NCBI GenBank assembly: GCA_051362555.1
Contig: CM120646.1
Coordinates: 7,316,001-7,380,000, forward strand
Source: Lingula anatina
Lineage: Eukaryota > Animalia > Brachiopoda
Direction: 5' to 3'
DNA: 64,000 bases
The position numbers were made by a program, and so were the translations under genes. This document shows positions 22,384-44,077 of this stretch, in pieces (positions within the stretch are counted from its first letter, which is position 1; every line of letters begins with the position of its first letter). A model generated the notes under the pieces. The model had not been told where the DNA came from, did not search any database, and worked only from the letters and a program-made list of their open reading frames with translations.

Positions 22384-23580
22384 GGCAATATTAAGAGATA
22401 TGTGTTCTTTATGATACCACCTTTTTTAAAATGATTCTTTTTGATGATGTGGCCTTCTTGATTTAAAAATCAAGAAGGCCACATCAAAAAGAATCCTATA
22501 ATTTATAAAAAGATATGTTGCGCATCGTGTGTCTATCTATAATCAAAGTTGAAAACCTGACAAGTCTAGGTTTTGGAATTTAGTATGGATTATGATGGTT
22601 GTTTATATAACTGTCACGCTGCGAGACATGTCAGTTTCTTCTGAGTTTCTATCACTGACAATAGCTTAGAATTTTTTACCTTAGCTTTGGGATAAACGAA
22701 CCATCGTACAGACACAGTTAAAGAAAAAACAGTTAAGATACCACCTTTGAAATCAAGTAGGCCACATCAAAAACCATATTATGTATAAAAATGTCTGTTG
22801 CAAATAGTGTGTCTATCTATAATCAAAGTGCCGAGTGCACGTGCCGAATGAACGCAATATGTGGCAGATGTATCTCAGATAATTTCTCTGTACAGTCTGG
22901 CATTGATTAATACGCCTGTTATTACTTTTCTCCTAAATTTTCTTCGTCCAATGACAACCATTTTTAAAGTATGGGTTCGGCATTAGGAATTTATTAAACG
23001 TTATTTATTGCGTCTTTAATTCATGAGGTTGTCGTATTTTGAAATATCTTAAGACCTACCTGTATTACCGATCATGTGTTAAAGTGATTAATTGTCACCA
23101 TAAGATATTATAAAAACTAAAAATTATATCTTGTTTATTAATAATATTGTTTTATTAGAATAAGCTTTAAATTGTTTTTTTTAATTCTGTTATTTTTTTT
23201 TCCTTTTTGGCTGGCCTAAACATAACGTATCCTGGGACAGCCACCTTTCGTCTGATTGTGTTATCATTTCGTTAAAGGAGGAGAAAAACGCATTGTGCTA
23301 CTGCAACCTCCTATGAGATTTAGATAAAATGTCCATTTGCGTCTTTGTTTTGCTAAAATATTTTTTTCTTTTGTCTAAGTCATGAACTGGAAAACAAGTT
23401 AAGACCTTTCATTTACCCTTTTGCTCTTTTACGCGGCAATTACATCAAAATCGTGAAGCTGCACAACATATCTCAACATTAAAATTAAAGTGTACAAGCG
23501 CGCGAGAGAGAAAGACTTACCTTTCCATGGGCCGTGCAAATAATCAGCAAAACAAAACCAAGTGTTGCAGTTGGTGCCAT
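18911..23580 (-). CDS. Secreted Cys-rich + Kunitz protein, copy C (~163 aa)
   Basis: Exons 23521-23580 (MAPTATLGFVLLIICTAHGK), 21712-21729 (VLPRSC), 20804-20875 (FGVPCPPGQRCVPYPFPRCVLTCQ), 20426-20509 (VVTCPVGSKCVETALGARCVAVEKADCS), 20205-20295 (TMDCPKGETYVQDKVICEKEPCPQPDQRID), 18911-19077 (PICLIQPIALDCGLHLLMYFFHVATRQCELFIYKGCQGNIPFFRTLEDCEAKCLV*). All splice sites and exon lengths match copy A. Confidence 0.85.
19655..19840 (+). mobile_element. RTE-clade LINE 3' fragment
   Basis: LRMDENRVPKVDLRWTPPGKKK...PKTTWRRTVMAELREGDLIWGQAQ (with a frameshift) matches the RTE ORF C-terminus pattern. Confidence 0.7.
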
Positions 23581-24327
23581 CTTGAGTTTCCTTTTATATC
23601 AGTAGGAAGACTATATTCGTCTGCTTTTTGTGCTGATAACGCTCTTCGCTCTATTTATATAAAACGCCCCATGGCTTATTCACATGACAGGCTAAGAACC
23701 GGATCGGTTGCATCGTCACGTGATCTTCTTTTTTTACCTGTTACAGAGCTAGGAGTGCAATTCCTCTATTGTTGTCATAATAAAACATGTGGGCGATTAA
23801 TTTCGTCGCACCTTTTAAAAAACTTGTTTTGACTATTTACAGTATGTACGTGGCCAATAATATCACAAAAAGACATGAACAATAATTGAATTGTGATGAC
23901 AATAATAGATCATACCTGCAAAACCTGCTACCGAAAAAAAGTACTGCATAAACAAGTTTGACTTGAGGAAACATGCGACAAATACATAGTCAGAAGTAGA
24001 ACCAGGGAGAGGCAGGTGTCTCGATTTCTCACTTAAGCTCCGAGGTACCCTTTTTCACCCCACCGCCTTTACAAACAGTGCAAAAATTGAAATTTGAAAA
24101 ACCAAGCTACCTCTTTGCTTTGCATTTTAAAGTAAAATACTATTCGTCCACTTCTTCATATTAAACAGTGTAAAATCGCATACCCCATCTTCCATTGAGT
24201 CAAGTCCTGGATCTGCCAGTTGTATGCAGGGCTGCATTATCCTATCGTACTGATTAATGGAGGCAAAGGCGATCTTCACTTGGATCCTCAACTCTTTATT
24301 TGTTCGTTTATTAACATATTAACATAT

Positions 24328-24370
<43 letters not shown>

Positions 24371-24779
24371 TTGTCAACTGTAAACACTGAACTAAGCAGT
24401 TGTTTTCTAATATCTAGAAGATTACTAGAAAACCTCTAGACATTAGGACGAAGGGGTCGAATCAGAACACCGGATAGATTTTCATGTTTTTTTTTTTCAT
24501 TTTTGCTCGATTGATATCTAAATTTATGATAAACTTCTTTTGTCTTAAAGGTTAATAGGGTCTCTTACTGGTACGGGTAATCCATCAATTTTTATCTCGT
24601 TTTAGACAGTCTCCATTATTGCTGATTATTAATTTCTCTTATAACCCGTTCCATTTCTTTTAAACCACACACCAAAACACACACCTAGCACGAGATCTAT
24701 TTTTGAATTTAGTTCGGTTTTTGTTATAATACAGCTCCCAAAACTTGATTTGTGTTTTTTTCTTCTAAATGAAACGTCG

Positions 24780-25630
24780 CGACTGGGCGGTGTCATATGT
24801 ACACGTAGGTTGATCTTTGATCTTTCAAAACTTGTTTTTGGGGTGCACCCAGGCAGTGTCCTTGGGCCAGTTTTGTTTTGCATTTATACCCTGCCACTTG
24901 GTGCAGTCTTACGTCATTACAAACTTGGATACCCTATGTACGCTGATGAAGCTTAGATCTATACTTGCTGTGACATACAATATCCTAAACCGTCTAGGGA
25001 TAAAATTATCAACTGTGTGACTGATATTCGCGCCTGGCTCATCAGCAACAAATTGAAAATTAATGACGGAAAGACTGAGATTTTATTAACCACGCAACCT
25101 CCTAGCAATCAATTTGCACAGAATCTATAACTTGAATTACCAGTAGACACCAGTGGTGTGGACACACTAACGCACGTGAAAAACCTGGGTGTCTACTTTG
25201 ATTCCACTATATGCATTGATAGACAAATATCCAATATCACTCAATCATGTATTTTTAACATAAGAAATATAGGTGCTATTAGAAACTACTTGGATCAATC
25301 TTCTGCAGCAACAGTTATTCATGCGATGATAACCTCTCGTTTAGACTACTGCAACTCTTTATACTATGGCTGTACCGAAGATCGAATAAAAATCTGCAGC
25401 GAATTCAAAATATTTCAGCCCTTCTTTTAACCCACACAGCCAGGGAGGCTCATATCACACCCATTTTAAAGCAGCTGCATTGGTTTCCTGTTAGAGCATG
25501 CATTTTATTGAAAATTATAACTTTTATGGATGCAATTTATTTACCAATACGCACCCCCATACCTACAAAAACTAGTTCAGTATGCACCAAAATGTAGTTT
25601 AAGATCATTTGACCAGTTTTTGCTCATGCT
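24780..25630 (+). mobile_element. Decayed CR1/L2-like LINE RT fragment
   Basis: GVHPGSVLGPVLFCIYTLPLG..MYADE, VKNLGVYFDS, SRLDYCNSLYYG and HITPILKQLHW, with stops and frameshifts. Confidence 0.85.
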
Positions 25631-25685
25631 CTTTGGCCCACTTCTGACAGTTCCTGAAAATTTTATTTGACTTACACTTTCACTA

Positions 25686-26222
25686 ATTGCAGATAATAAT
25701 AAATTAAAACGGAGTAAAAGGATAGGGAGATATTGAGTGCAAGTTAAATTTCTTTAAGAGTCAACAAGTGTAGAAATTGTTCTCATAGTAGAAAAAGATG
25801 GAACATGTCAAAGTCACATATAGTTTGATTTGATTGGTTAATTTCTCAATAGATTAAGGTCTAGTTGCAGATAATAATTCAGGCCCGTAGCCAGCAATTT
25901 CCGAGGGGGGGGGGTCTTTTTCTGAAAAAGTGGACCTTTTACCAAAAAAAACCTCAAGTACTTAGATCAAATTTTACCCAGAGTGGACCTTTTCCCAGCA
26001 AAAGGGTGGTTCTTTCGAACCCTCGACCCCCCCCCCCACCCCACCGCTTACGGGCCTGTAATTAAAACGGAGTAAAAGGATAAGAAGATATTGAGTGCAA
26101 GTTAAATTTCTTTAAGAGTCAACAAGTGTAGAAATTGTTCTCGTAGTAGAAAAAGATGGAACATGTCAAAGTCACATATAGTTTGATTTGATTGGTTAAT
26201 TTCTCAATAGATTAAGGTCCAA
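25686..26222. repeat. ~178-bp tandem duplication, second copy carrying a MITE (25880-26058, TSD TAATT)
   Basis: TTGCAGATAATAAT...AAAACGGAGTAAAAGGATA...TAGATTAAGGTC is present twice. Confidence 0.8.
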
Positions 26223-27411
26223 GAATGAGTGATTCAAATAATATTTTAGTTATCTTTAATTGAAAACAAGTCTCTTCGAAATTACCTAATAAGGAAATGT
26301 TAAATGGTGGTTTGCACCATGAGAACTTGTAATCACACAAGGACAATGGATTGAAAGCAAGTAAACGCATGATCAGTACGGAAAAATAGAGTTTAAATAT
26401 CTGTGAAGTAGTGTGAAAATTTAGTCAGTGAATAAACGTTTGAAAGCTCCAGAAGCGTTGTTATTCTTCACTATACCAAGATGGACAAATAATTTCGTCG
26501 CACCTTAAAATTTGTTTTGACTATTTGCAATATGCACGTGGCCAATAATACCACAAATTTAAAAAACGTGTAGGAAAGGACATCATGTACCATTGTTCGC
26601 TGATCTTAATGTTACTCACGCGTCAGTGTGTAAGAGATAAACAAGTACAATGCAGTATATATAGGAAACCAACTGAGAAAATTCGTGTACTGATATATGC
26701 TACGCACGAGACATTTGTTTATTCAAAATTAAATACGCGCCGTTCCACTTACATAACCTTGTGCATAGCACATCTTTATCAAATTGATCTGTCACTTGAT
26801 AAATGTGTCATTCATTCATTGTCACTTATTCATTTATTTCATTGTCATGTGAAAAAAAAAGCACCAGAAGCCCCTCGGCCTTGCAAGGTACAATGTACTC
26901 GGAAAGTAGACAACCTACCGGGGAAGGACTTGTTTTTGTCTTAAAAATCAAAAATCTTAACTTCGTTCATTCTTAGACACAAAATACACATTTTTCATAT
27001 GACACTAAGATACATCAATTTTTACTGTTCTTTATTACATGAATGATTGCTCCAACACAACGTGAAGGGAAAAAGTGTAAATACCAGTAAATGCATGTAG
27101 GATTTCCCACTGCTGATAATTTCTCACATGTACTGGTAAGTTCACTTTAATTTGCCATGCCTACACCGTTAAATGTTATCCTGCTGAGTATATTTCCATC
27201 CAAAATGCGATCTACATGGGCTCGTATAAAATATAAGCCATAAAATAAACCACCTACTGATCTGGGCTAAGTTGGGATTTCAGGCCTGTAGCCGCAAGGG
27301 GGGGGGGGGGGGGGGGGGGGGGGGTCGGGAATTCGAAAGAACCGCCCTTTTTGCCAGAAAAAAGTCCCTTCTGGTTAAGATTTTATCTAGGGACATGAAG
27401 TTTTTTATGGT

Positions 27412-28396
27412 AAATAATAATAATAATAATGTGTATTTGTTTGCAACTTAAAAAGTTGAATTTTACAATAAAAGCAAATACACATGAGATGCACAGTCTT
27501 AAAATATACTTGTAAGTGTTAAAATGATTCGATATACATTAAAAGTTCATAAAAACCTCAGTTCTTAAAATTTGATAAAGCCCATGGGATAAAAGTTTTT
27601 AACGATCGTACAGTCCTCAATTTTGGCACAGTGTACTTATAAACCCGGCGCAAAGTATAGGAACTTCCATTTATCTCTGGGAGCAAATGATGGATTTTGT
27701 GTCCTTCAGAACACATGTTATGCAATAATGTTTTAGATAGTTCATCTCTTCTACAAGCAAGAGTGATAAGTTTACATGTTTCAAGTGCCCCATTGTAGGG
27801 CAGCTGTGGGAATATAATCTTACATGCTCTAATCTGGATGGATTCAATTTTATCAACTTGTTGTTGTGTGAGACCTGGGTGCCACACCTGACATGCATAT
27901 TCTAATGTAGGTCTGATTACTGATGAGTAAAAGCTTACAAGTTCATTGGTTGGAATACCCGCTCTTTTCAGAAGCTTAAAATTGTGTAGCCTTTAACTTG
28001 CTTTTTTACAAATATCACAGACGTGATCTTCCCAGCTCAAATCACTACTGATCCTAACCCCTAAGAAGACAGCAGACCCCACTCTCTCAATTCTTTTGAT
28101 TATCTACCAGTAAGGGTGTAGTTTTGTGTCCTTTTTTGGAGAAATCAAATATGATCTCTTTGGTCTTGGTAGTATTTATTGTTAGTTTATTAGCATGGGA
28201 CCAGAGAGTGAGTTCTGTTGTTGCATCAGGGAGATTGTCCTGCAGTTTGGTATTCCCGTAGCTTAGAATTGTGTTGTCATCTACATATTTGAATGTGTCA
28301 CACATTTGATGCTCAGATCGTTAATCATAATGACAAATTAAATAAAACTGCACCAAGTTTTGTGCCTTGTGGTACACCAGCATTAATTCGTTGCCA
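27412..28396 (-). mobile_element. 5'-truncated CR1/L2-group LINE (RT 3' part) with (ATT)n tail, inserted in a MITE
   Basis: Minus-strand AGVPQGTKLG, FKYVDDNT, KTKEIIFDF and IESIQIRACKII...FIPWAL; (TAA)n tail at 27411-27430. The flanks rejoin as ATGGTAA|AGGTCCAC of the MITE. Confidence 0.85.
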
Positions 28397-29019
28397 GGTC
28401 CACTTAAAAAAAAAAATGTTTTTTGAAATTGCTGGCTACAGACCTAGATTTGCTGTGCTTTTTGCATCTCGGGATATGATAACGATTACAAGTGTTCAGT
28501 GGGTCCTAGGTAACATGTAAGTCCAAATACTAAGGTATGTCTGAGAGTTTGAGGCCGCGCCATCGCCATGCCATGTAGGCGATCTTAATTCAACAAAGGC
28601 AAAAGACATGCAAGAATGATTGAGGTACAATCCAAGAAATCCCTTAGTTTCTGATATCAAAAAGTGGAGACTTGGCTATTACTATTGAACATTAAATATG
28701 CTTCAAAAATTCTCAACAAATTGTTGCGAACACATCAACAGTACAGTCTTGTCGGCTGCCCTTTAAATACGGTGAGGTGTTTTGTCTCACTGCCTGATCG
28801 GCTAGTTATTTTTGTTTATGCCGGAATTGAGTCTTGTTAAAACCTAATGTCGTAATACTGTCTAAGCACAACTTGAGAGCATGATATTGTGAAATAAGGC
28901 AAATATTTGCTTTTTTAAAATAATTAAAACACAAAAGTTTAAAAATTCACTATTTGTGTAACAATCACTTCAATCCACATGAGCTTCATTTGTTAAATGT
29001 TGACGTAAACCATCAGAAA

Positions 29020-29052
29020 TCTCGCGAGATTACGCCTGTTGCTATTGACAAC
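29020..29052 (+). promoter_or_regulatory. CFAP91 promoter: TCTCGCGAGA palindrome and RFX X-box
   Basis: TCTCGCGAGA at 29020-29029 and GTTGCTATTGACAAC at 29038-29052, ~120 bp upstream of the ATG of a motile-cilia gene. Confidence 0.65.
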
Positions 29053-29168
29053 AACAAAGGCTGGCAAATGGCTGCCATTGAAGGAGTAAAATCAATGCGA
29101 TCGGGATTATAACTTAATTTTATAAGTATTTGCCTCCTAGTTATATATATATATATAAAGAAGAAAAC

Positions 29169-39175
<10,007 letters not shown>

Positions 39176-39786
39176 AAGGAATAGGACTTCAAGTGATTGC
39201 AGTTAAAGGAATCATTCACATTTGCTTGGAACTGTCTGTGATAAATATGGAAAATTGGGAATAAAATTAAAATAGATTCAGTCCTCAAGCTGCTCAACCT
39301 TTACCATGCCAGATTGCATTAGAAATATCCGTCCAAGCAAGAAAGGTTTTATAATGTTTCTACAGTTATTGATATGTTACCTGGAAGTATTTGGAATTGT
39401 GACCTACAAGGTTAACCACAGGAATAACTGGAAGAGTTTAAGCACATGTTCTCCCTTAAAAAGAAAGCTATTTTTTTTACTTGATATAACTCAATAACAA
39501 TACTGCTTCAGTTTTGATTGTATTCAAAATGATAACATAGAAATATGCCAGAACAGGACATTTCAGGAACTCTACTTCAAGTAACATTAATTTTTTGCTG
39601 TACACATTTGATGGGGTCAAATGGAATTATATTATTGCTTTTATGAAGACTTTCACATTTCATTTGAAATATGTGAAAAAAAAATAATAACCGTCCTTGT
39701 TACATGTACAGCTGGTCTAAGTCTGTATATATATGTATGCATTTTAATCATTGTGAATTGTATATTCCCATTGTCCATTTAAATAT

Positions 39787-39959
39787 AATAAAATAATGTC
39801 AGAATAATTTGGTCTTCCTTCATTTCAAAATACAAGATATATTCATCGTTTTACCACAACTTTGCTTAATTCACTTGTCCAAATTACAATCACCATGTAC
39901 CATTAAAAAACAAGATAGTAACACAACATTTTGAAAAGGTTTTAATTAATGCATTTATT
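39787..39959. terminator. Opposing polyadenylation signals of convergent CFAP91 (+, AATAAA 39787-39792) and PKNOX (-, 39954-39959)
   Basis: Canonical hexamers on opposite strands between the two 3' UTRs; actual usage is inferred. Confidence 0.45.
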
Positions 39960-40289
39960 GAAGTGTCCTTTTTTCTTTCAAGTAAAAGGATGGTATAAAA
40001 CATTTTATATTTCTTTTATATGAAAAAATATCTCTATAACAGCTCTTCAAAAAAAAAAAAAAAAAAAAAACAAATGCCCCACAAGCACTGGATAATATAC
40101 AGACCAATATGCTGCCCCCCTGGAAGATTGCCTCAGCATAATATTTAACTACTACCTACCACTACTTCAATACACAAGGCCTCATAAAAATGGTATTTAA
40201 TGATAGTTTGTTATACCACATTAAGGCTTTCAATGCTATACTCCCTATCACAACTCATTTCCCTTTTTTTATTTTGACCATTTCTATAA

Positions 40290-40490
40290 GGTTCCATTCA
40301 CAACAATGGACTAACAGATCATTAATGGAATTGAGACACTTGCGCACGTGCAAGTGCGTCTCGATTTCATGGCCCCGTATCTCGAAATAGAATCGGTTAC
40401 GGAATCGAGACACTAACGCATGTGCCCAACATAGCGAACCTTTCGAGATACGGAGCCCAGTTCTGTTGGACCACTGTTTTGAATGCGTTC
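40290..40490. mobile_element. Degenerate MITE in the PKNOX 3' UTR region
   Basis: Ends GGTTCCATTCACAACA / TGTTTTGAATGCGTTC resemble the TIRs of 41795-41974. Internal inverted repeat CCGTATCTCGAAA / TTTCGAGATACGG. Confidence 0.5.
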
Positions 40491-41794
40491 TTAGTTGACT
40501 GGTTAAATGCTCAAGGTTTGACCCTGTCATCAGCTCATCACCCCGAGTTTCAGACGCCCCTGGAAATGCACTCCTGCTATCAGCATGCCTGTGTTGTGTC
40601 TGGTGTCCACAGCATGCTGACAGAAGAAAAGTGACCTCTGAAACTCAGGGGTGCAGCTCTTGAGTCTCACCTATAAGCTGTTTTGGAATTTTTGAAAGGG
40701 AAACCTATCTGGTATGAAAAGACATTAGTGCTATTAACATAAACTGGTTTGGTATAAATGCAATAAATTACTCTAAAATCTACATCATGCAAACAGGCTA
40801 CACAAGTTACATTTTCACATGAAAAAAAAAAGATTTAAAATGAGATTTAAGAGCTGTAAATCAAAACGGTAAACATAGTAAATGGTGTTCTGAAACCACA
40901 AAACAAATAAACAATACAGACACAATCTTCCCACCCTGTCTATATAATACTGATCAATGAGCCTGGGATCTATCCCACCTAGCCCATATTGTAGGATTAC
41001 AGCAAGGTCTAACAGAAATTCCGCCTGTGACTCAACAATCTGGTACAGATGAGATGATGGTAAACTGAGAAATCTTTAAGTAATAACTGCTAACAAAATA
41101 GTTCTACTCGATATCCAGCCTAATTAACACTAAAACAGTTTGTGCCATCACACCTTCTGCAGGGAGACCCCATTGCGCTTCAAACATTTTACAAAATGTT
41201 AAGCCTTAGGCCATTTATATATTTTTGTCCATTATATTTTTAACCTGAAAATTAATCCCCTTTTCATACCATTGTAGTTACATAGCAGGCTTGTCTTTCA
41301 CTGCCAACCGGCAAAATAAATTTCTCCATCCCAGTCTAATAATGTATGATCAGCTTGTTTACCAAAATATCAAAACTTAAAACATTGCAAAGTACTATTA
41401 CATAATTAAGAATACAAAAGCTCCCTTTTTCACTAAGGGCCTCAATACACCCTATAACTGATTAAACAAACAAAAATCAATCCCCTCACTTTATAATCCA
41501 CCATGTAGTTAAAAAAAGATTATAAAATTGTGACCACCCCATTTCGCATATCAAATAATGATTTCCTCTGAGTTTTTAGCATAAACCCTCCGATTCACAA
41601 TTCATTCAACCATGCACCAACAGATGTGTCTCCATATTATTTTTACTTCTAAAACACAGTGTTAAATTAAGTTGAGACTTGTAGCACCTACGAAGTTTGA
41701 AGCTTTGACGTGAGACTGGTTATAGTTGCCTTTGGTAATCTATTCAGTACAGCTGGTCTTCTTTGGATACACAGTGTATAGTGGTTGGAACATA

Positions 41795-41974
41795 GGTCGC
41801 ATTCACAACAGCAGACTAACTAGTTCGCAGATCAAATACAGCGACCACCCTAAAAACCCCTTATCCCCTAATAGACACTGTATATATTCCCTGCGGGGAT
41901 TATGCAACAAGTATTCAAGTGGGTCAGCCATATTCGATCCCCTGACTAGTTAGTATGCCGTTGTGAATGCGGCC
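41795..41974. mobile_element. PIF/Harbinger-like MITE (3-bp TSD ATA)
   Basis: ~30-bp TIRs GGTCGCATTCACAACAGCAGACTAACTAGT / ACTAGTTAGTATGCCGTTGTGAATGCGGCC, with ATA on both flanks. Confidence 0.75.
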
Positions 41975-42806
41975 ATATTCATCTTAAGCTAGTTTACAAA
42001 CTTTCTGCTGAGCACCATTGTGATGGTTTTAAGCTGGAAGATGACCAGCAATAAAGAACTAAAACAGGTCTATATGTATATATATAATTTACAGTTTTTC
42101 TACCTCTAAATATATTTGTACACTGCAACTCTCAATGTCACAATTCTAACGTGTGCTGTGACACAAATCTACATGTAGCAGTGGGTCTTTTTTGATTCAT
42201 CCACTTCTTTCATACAAACACTATACATTGCATAGACTGATGTGGTGGGATCCGAGGTACCGATGACATCCAGGTGATTTTGTTAAAATTTCCAGGAAAT
42301 ATTTCACAGATGCAGATTACCGTCATACAACATGATCCTTGCACAGTGTATCACATGATTTTACAACCCAGTATATAATATTTGCTTTACAATATTCCTT
42401 CTCCAATTCTGTCCATAGGCAAGATGACCTAGTATACAACACATGAAAATCTTTGTCTCAGTACAATTTTCTTCCTCTTCCACTTACTAAAGAATTCTAG
42501 TTCTTAGGTTCATAGGCACTAAAGCCAGATACCAAATAATTCTTCCTTACTTGGTCACCTCCTCAAGAAAGCCTTTAGATGACCCACTAGGTCCCAATGA
42601 ACACTGAGCACTATTATCTACCTTCCAAATCTTTCAAAGGCACAAAATCATCTTCATTGAAGATCTTATCTTTTCAAATCACAGCCATCCATATAAAAGT
42701 CTTCCAAGACTACATCCAACATGTCTTGTATGATTCTCTGGTTTTTCAGGTATTTACTATAACCAGGTATCACCCATATCTTTTTCCCCCAACTTCATTT
42801 TCCTCC

Positions 42807-43985
42807 TCAGTCATCCCCGACCAAGTCTGAATCATCGTCACTATTCTCCATTCCCAGGTCGCTACTCTGTAACGCCCCTTCCTCCTCATTGTCTTTCTCG
42901 TCCTGTTCCCCGTTCTGGACCATGAGAGTGGGGCTGTTGGCACCCGTAGGCTGTGCCTCACTTAACATGGGGTTCACGTGAGACGTCTGTAACGCTGAGG
43001 TCTGCAGAGCTTCCAGAGTGACTGCCTGGGTGCTGATGAGCTGACCGTCTGATGAGAAGTCTGAAATGTGAAAGAGGCTGTTACTGCAAGTGATATGTTG
43101 TATTAAGACCAGGACACATAAAATTCCATCAACACAGAAACCACTCTGCATTATAAGGATACTATGATGGGGAAAAAAAACCCAATAAATACAAAAAGTA
43201 AGTTTCAGAATAGCACAGATAACTCACATTTTTCAAAAGGAAAAAGCTTTCTAAAATAACCAGTCAAAAATTTTTAATAAGCATCTGGCCAATTTTAAGC
43301 AGAAATTGGCTGGAGAGTGTTTTTATTTTCTTTACCCATGCCCACTGAAGCTGCTAGAGGGGTAACTGACTTTAGTGCACGCTTAAACTAAAAACAATTT
43401 AGCAAGAAACCCCTTGGAGACAGATCAATCCTGCTGGTACAAAAGGGTATGGGAATGGTCCCTAGGTCATAACAGCCAGTTAGGCCGCTTAAACTGAATG
43501 CAATTTAGCGAGTATCCCCTCAGAGTTAGAACAATCCTGCTAGTACAAAACAGGTTTATGGGAACCCAGTCCTAGATATATTTAGCTATGTGGAGGTCAG
43601 AGTTCCCACTTACAAGGTACGACCGTGATGGTACCCGGGGTTGGACCAGCTGTGCTCCCAGTACTGGTCTGCTGCTGTTGTTGTTGTTGCTGTTGTTGTA
43701 ATGAGGACACTTGCTGTGGTTGAGGCTGAAGATTTGCTATGCTATCTGGCCAGAACCGCTGGACAGGGCGGTTGTTCTGAGGCTTGTTTTTCTTGGCTTT
43801 GCTACCCTCTGGGTTGGAGGCATCCAACATGGGTTGAAGTATCCGTCTTCTGGCATTGATAAACCTATGAACAAAGCACCAAAACAAGCCATATACAGAA
43901 GTGAAAATTAAATTTCACAAACAGTAAAACAACCATACTTGAAATTTAAAGGATTTACTTACAGCAGGCATCCCCTTCCCCCATC

Positions 43986-44077
<92 letters not shown>

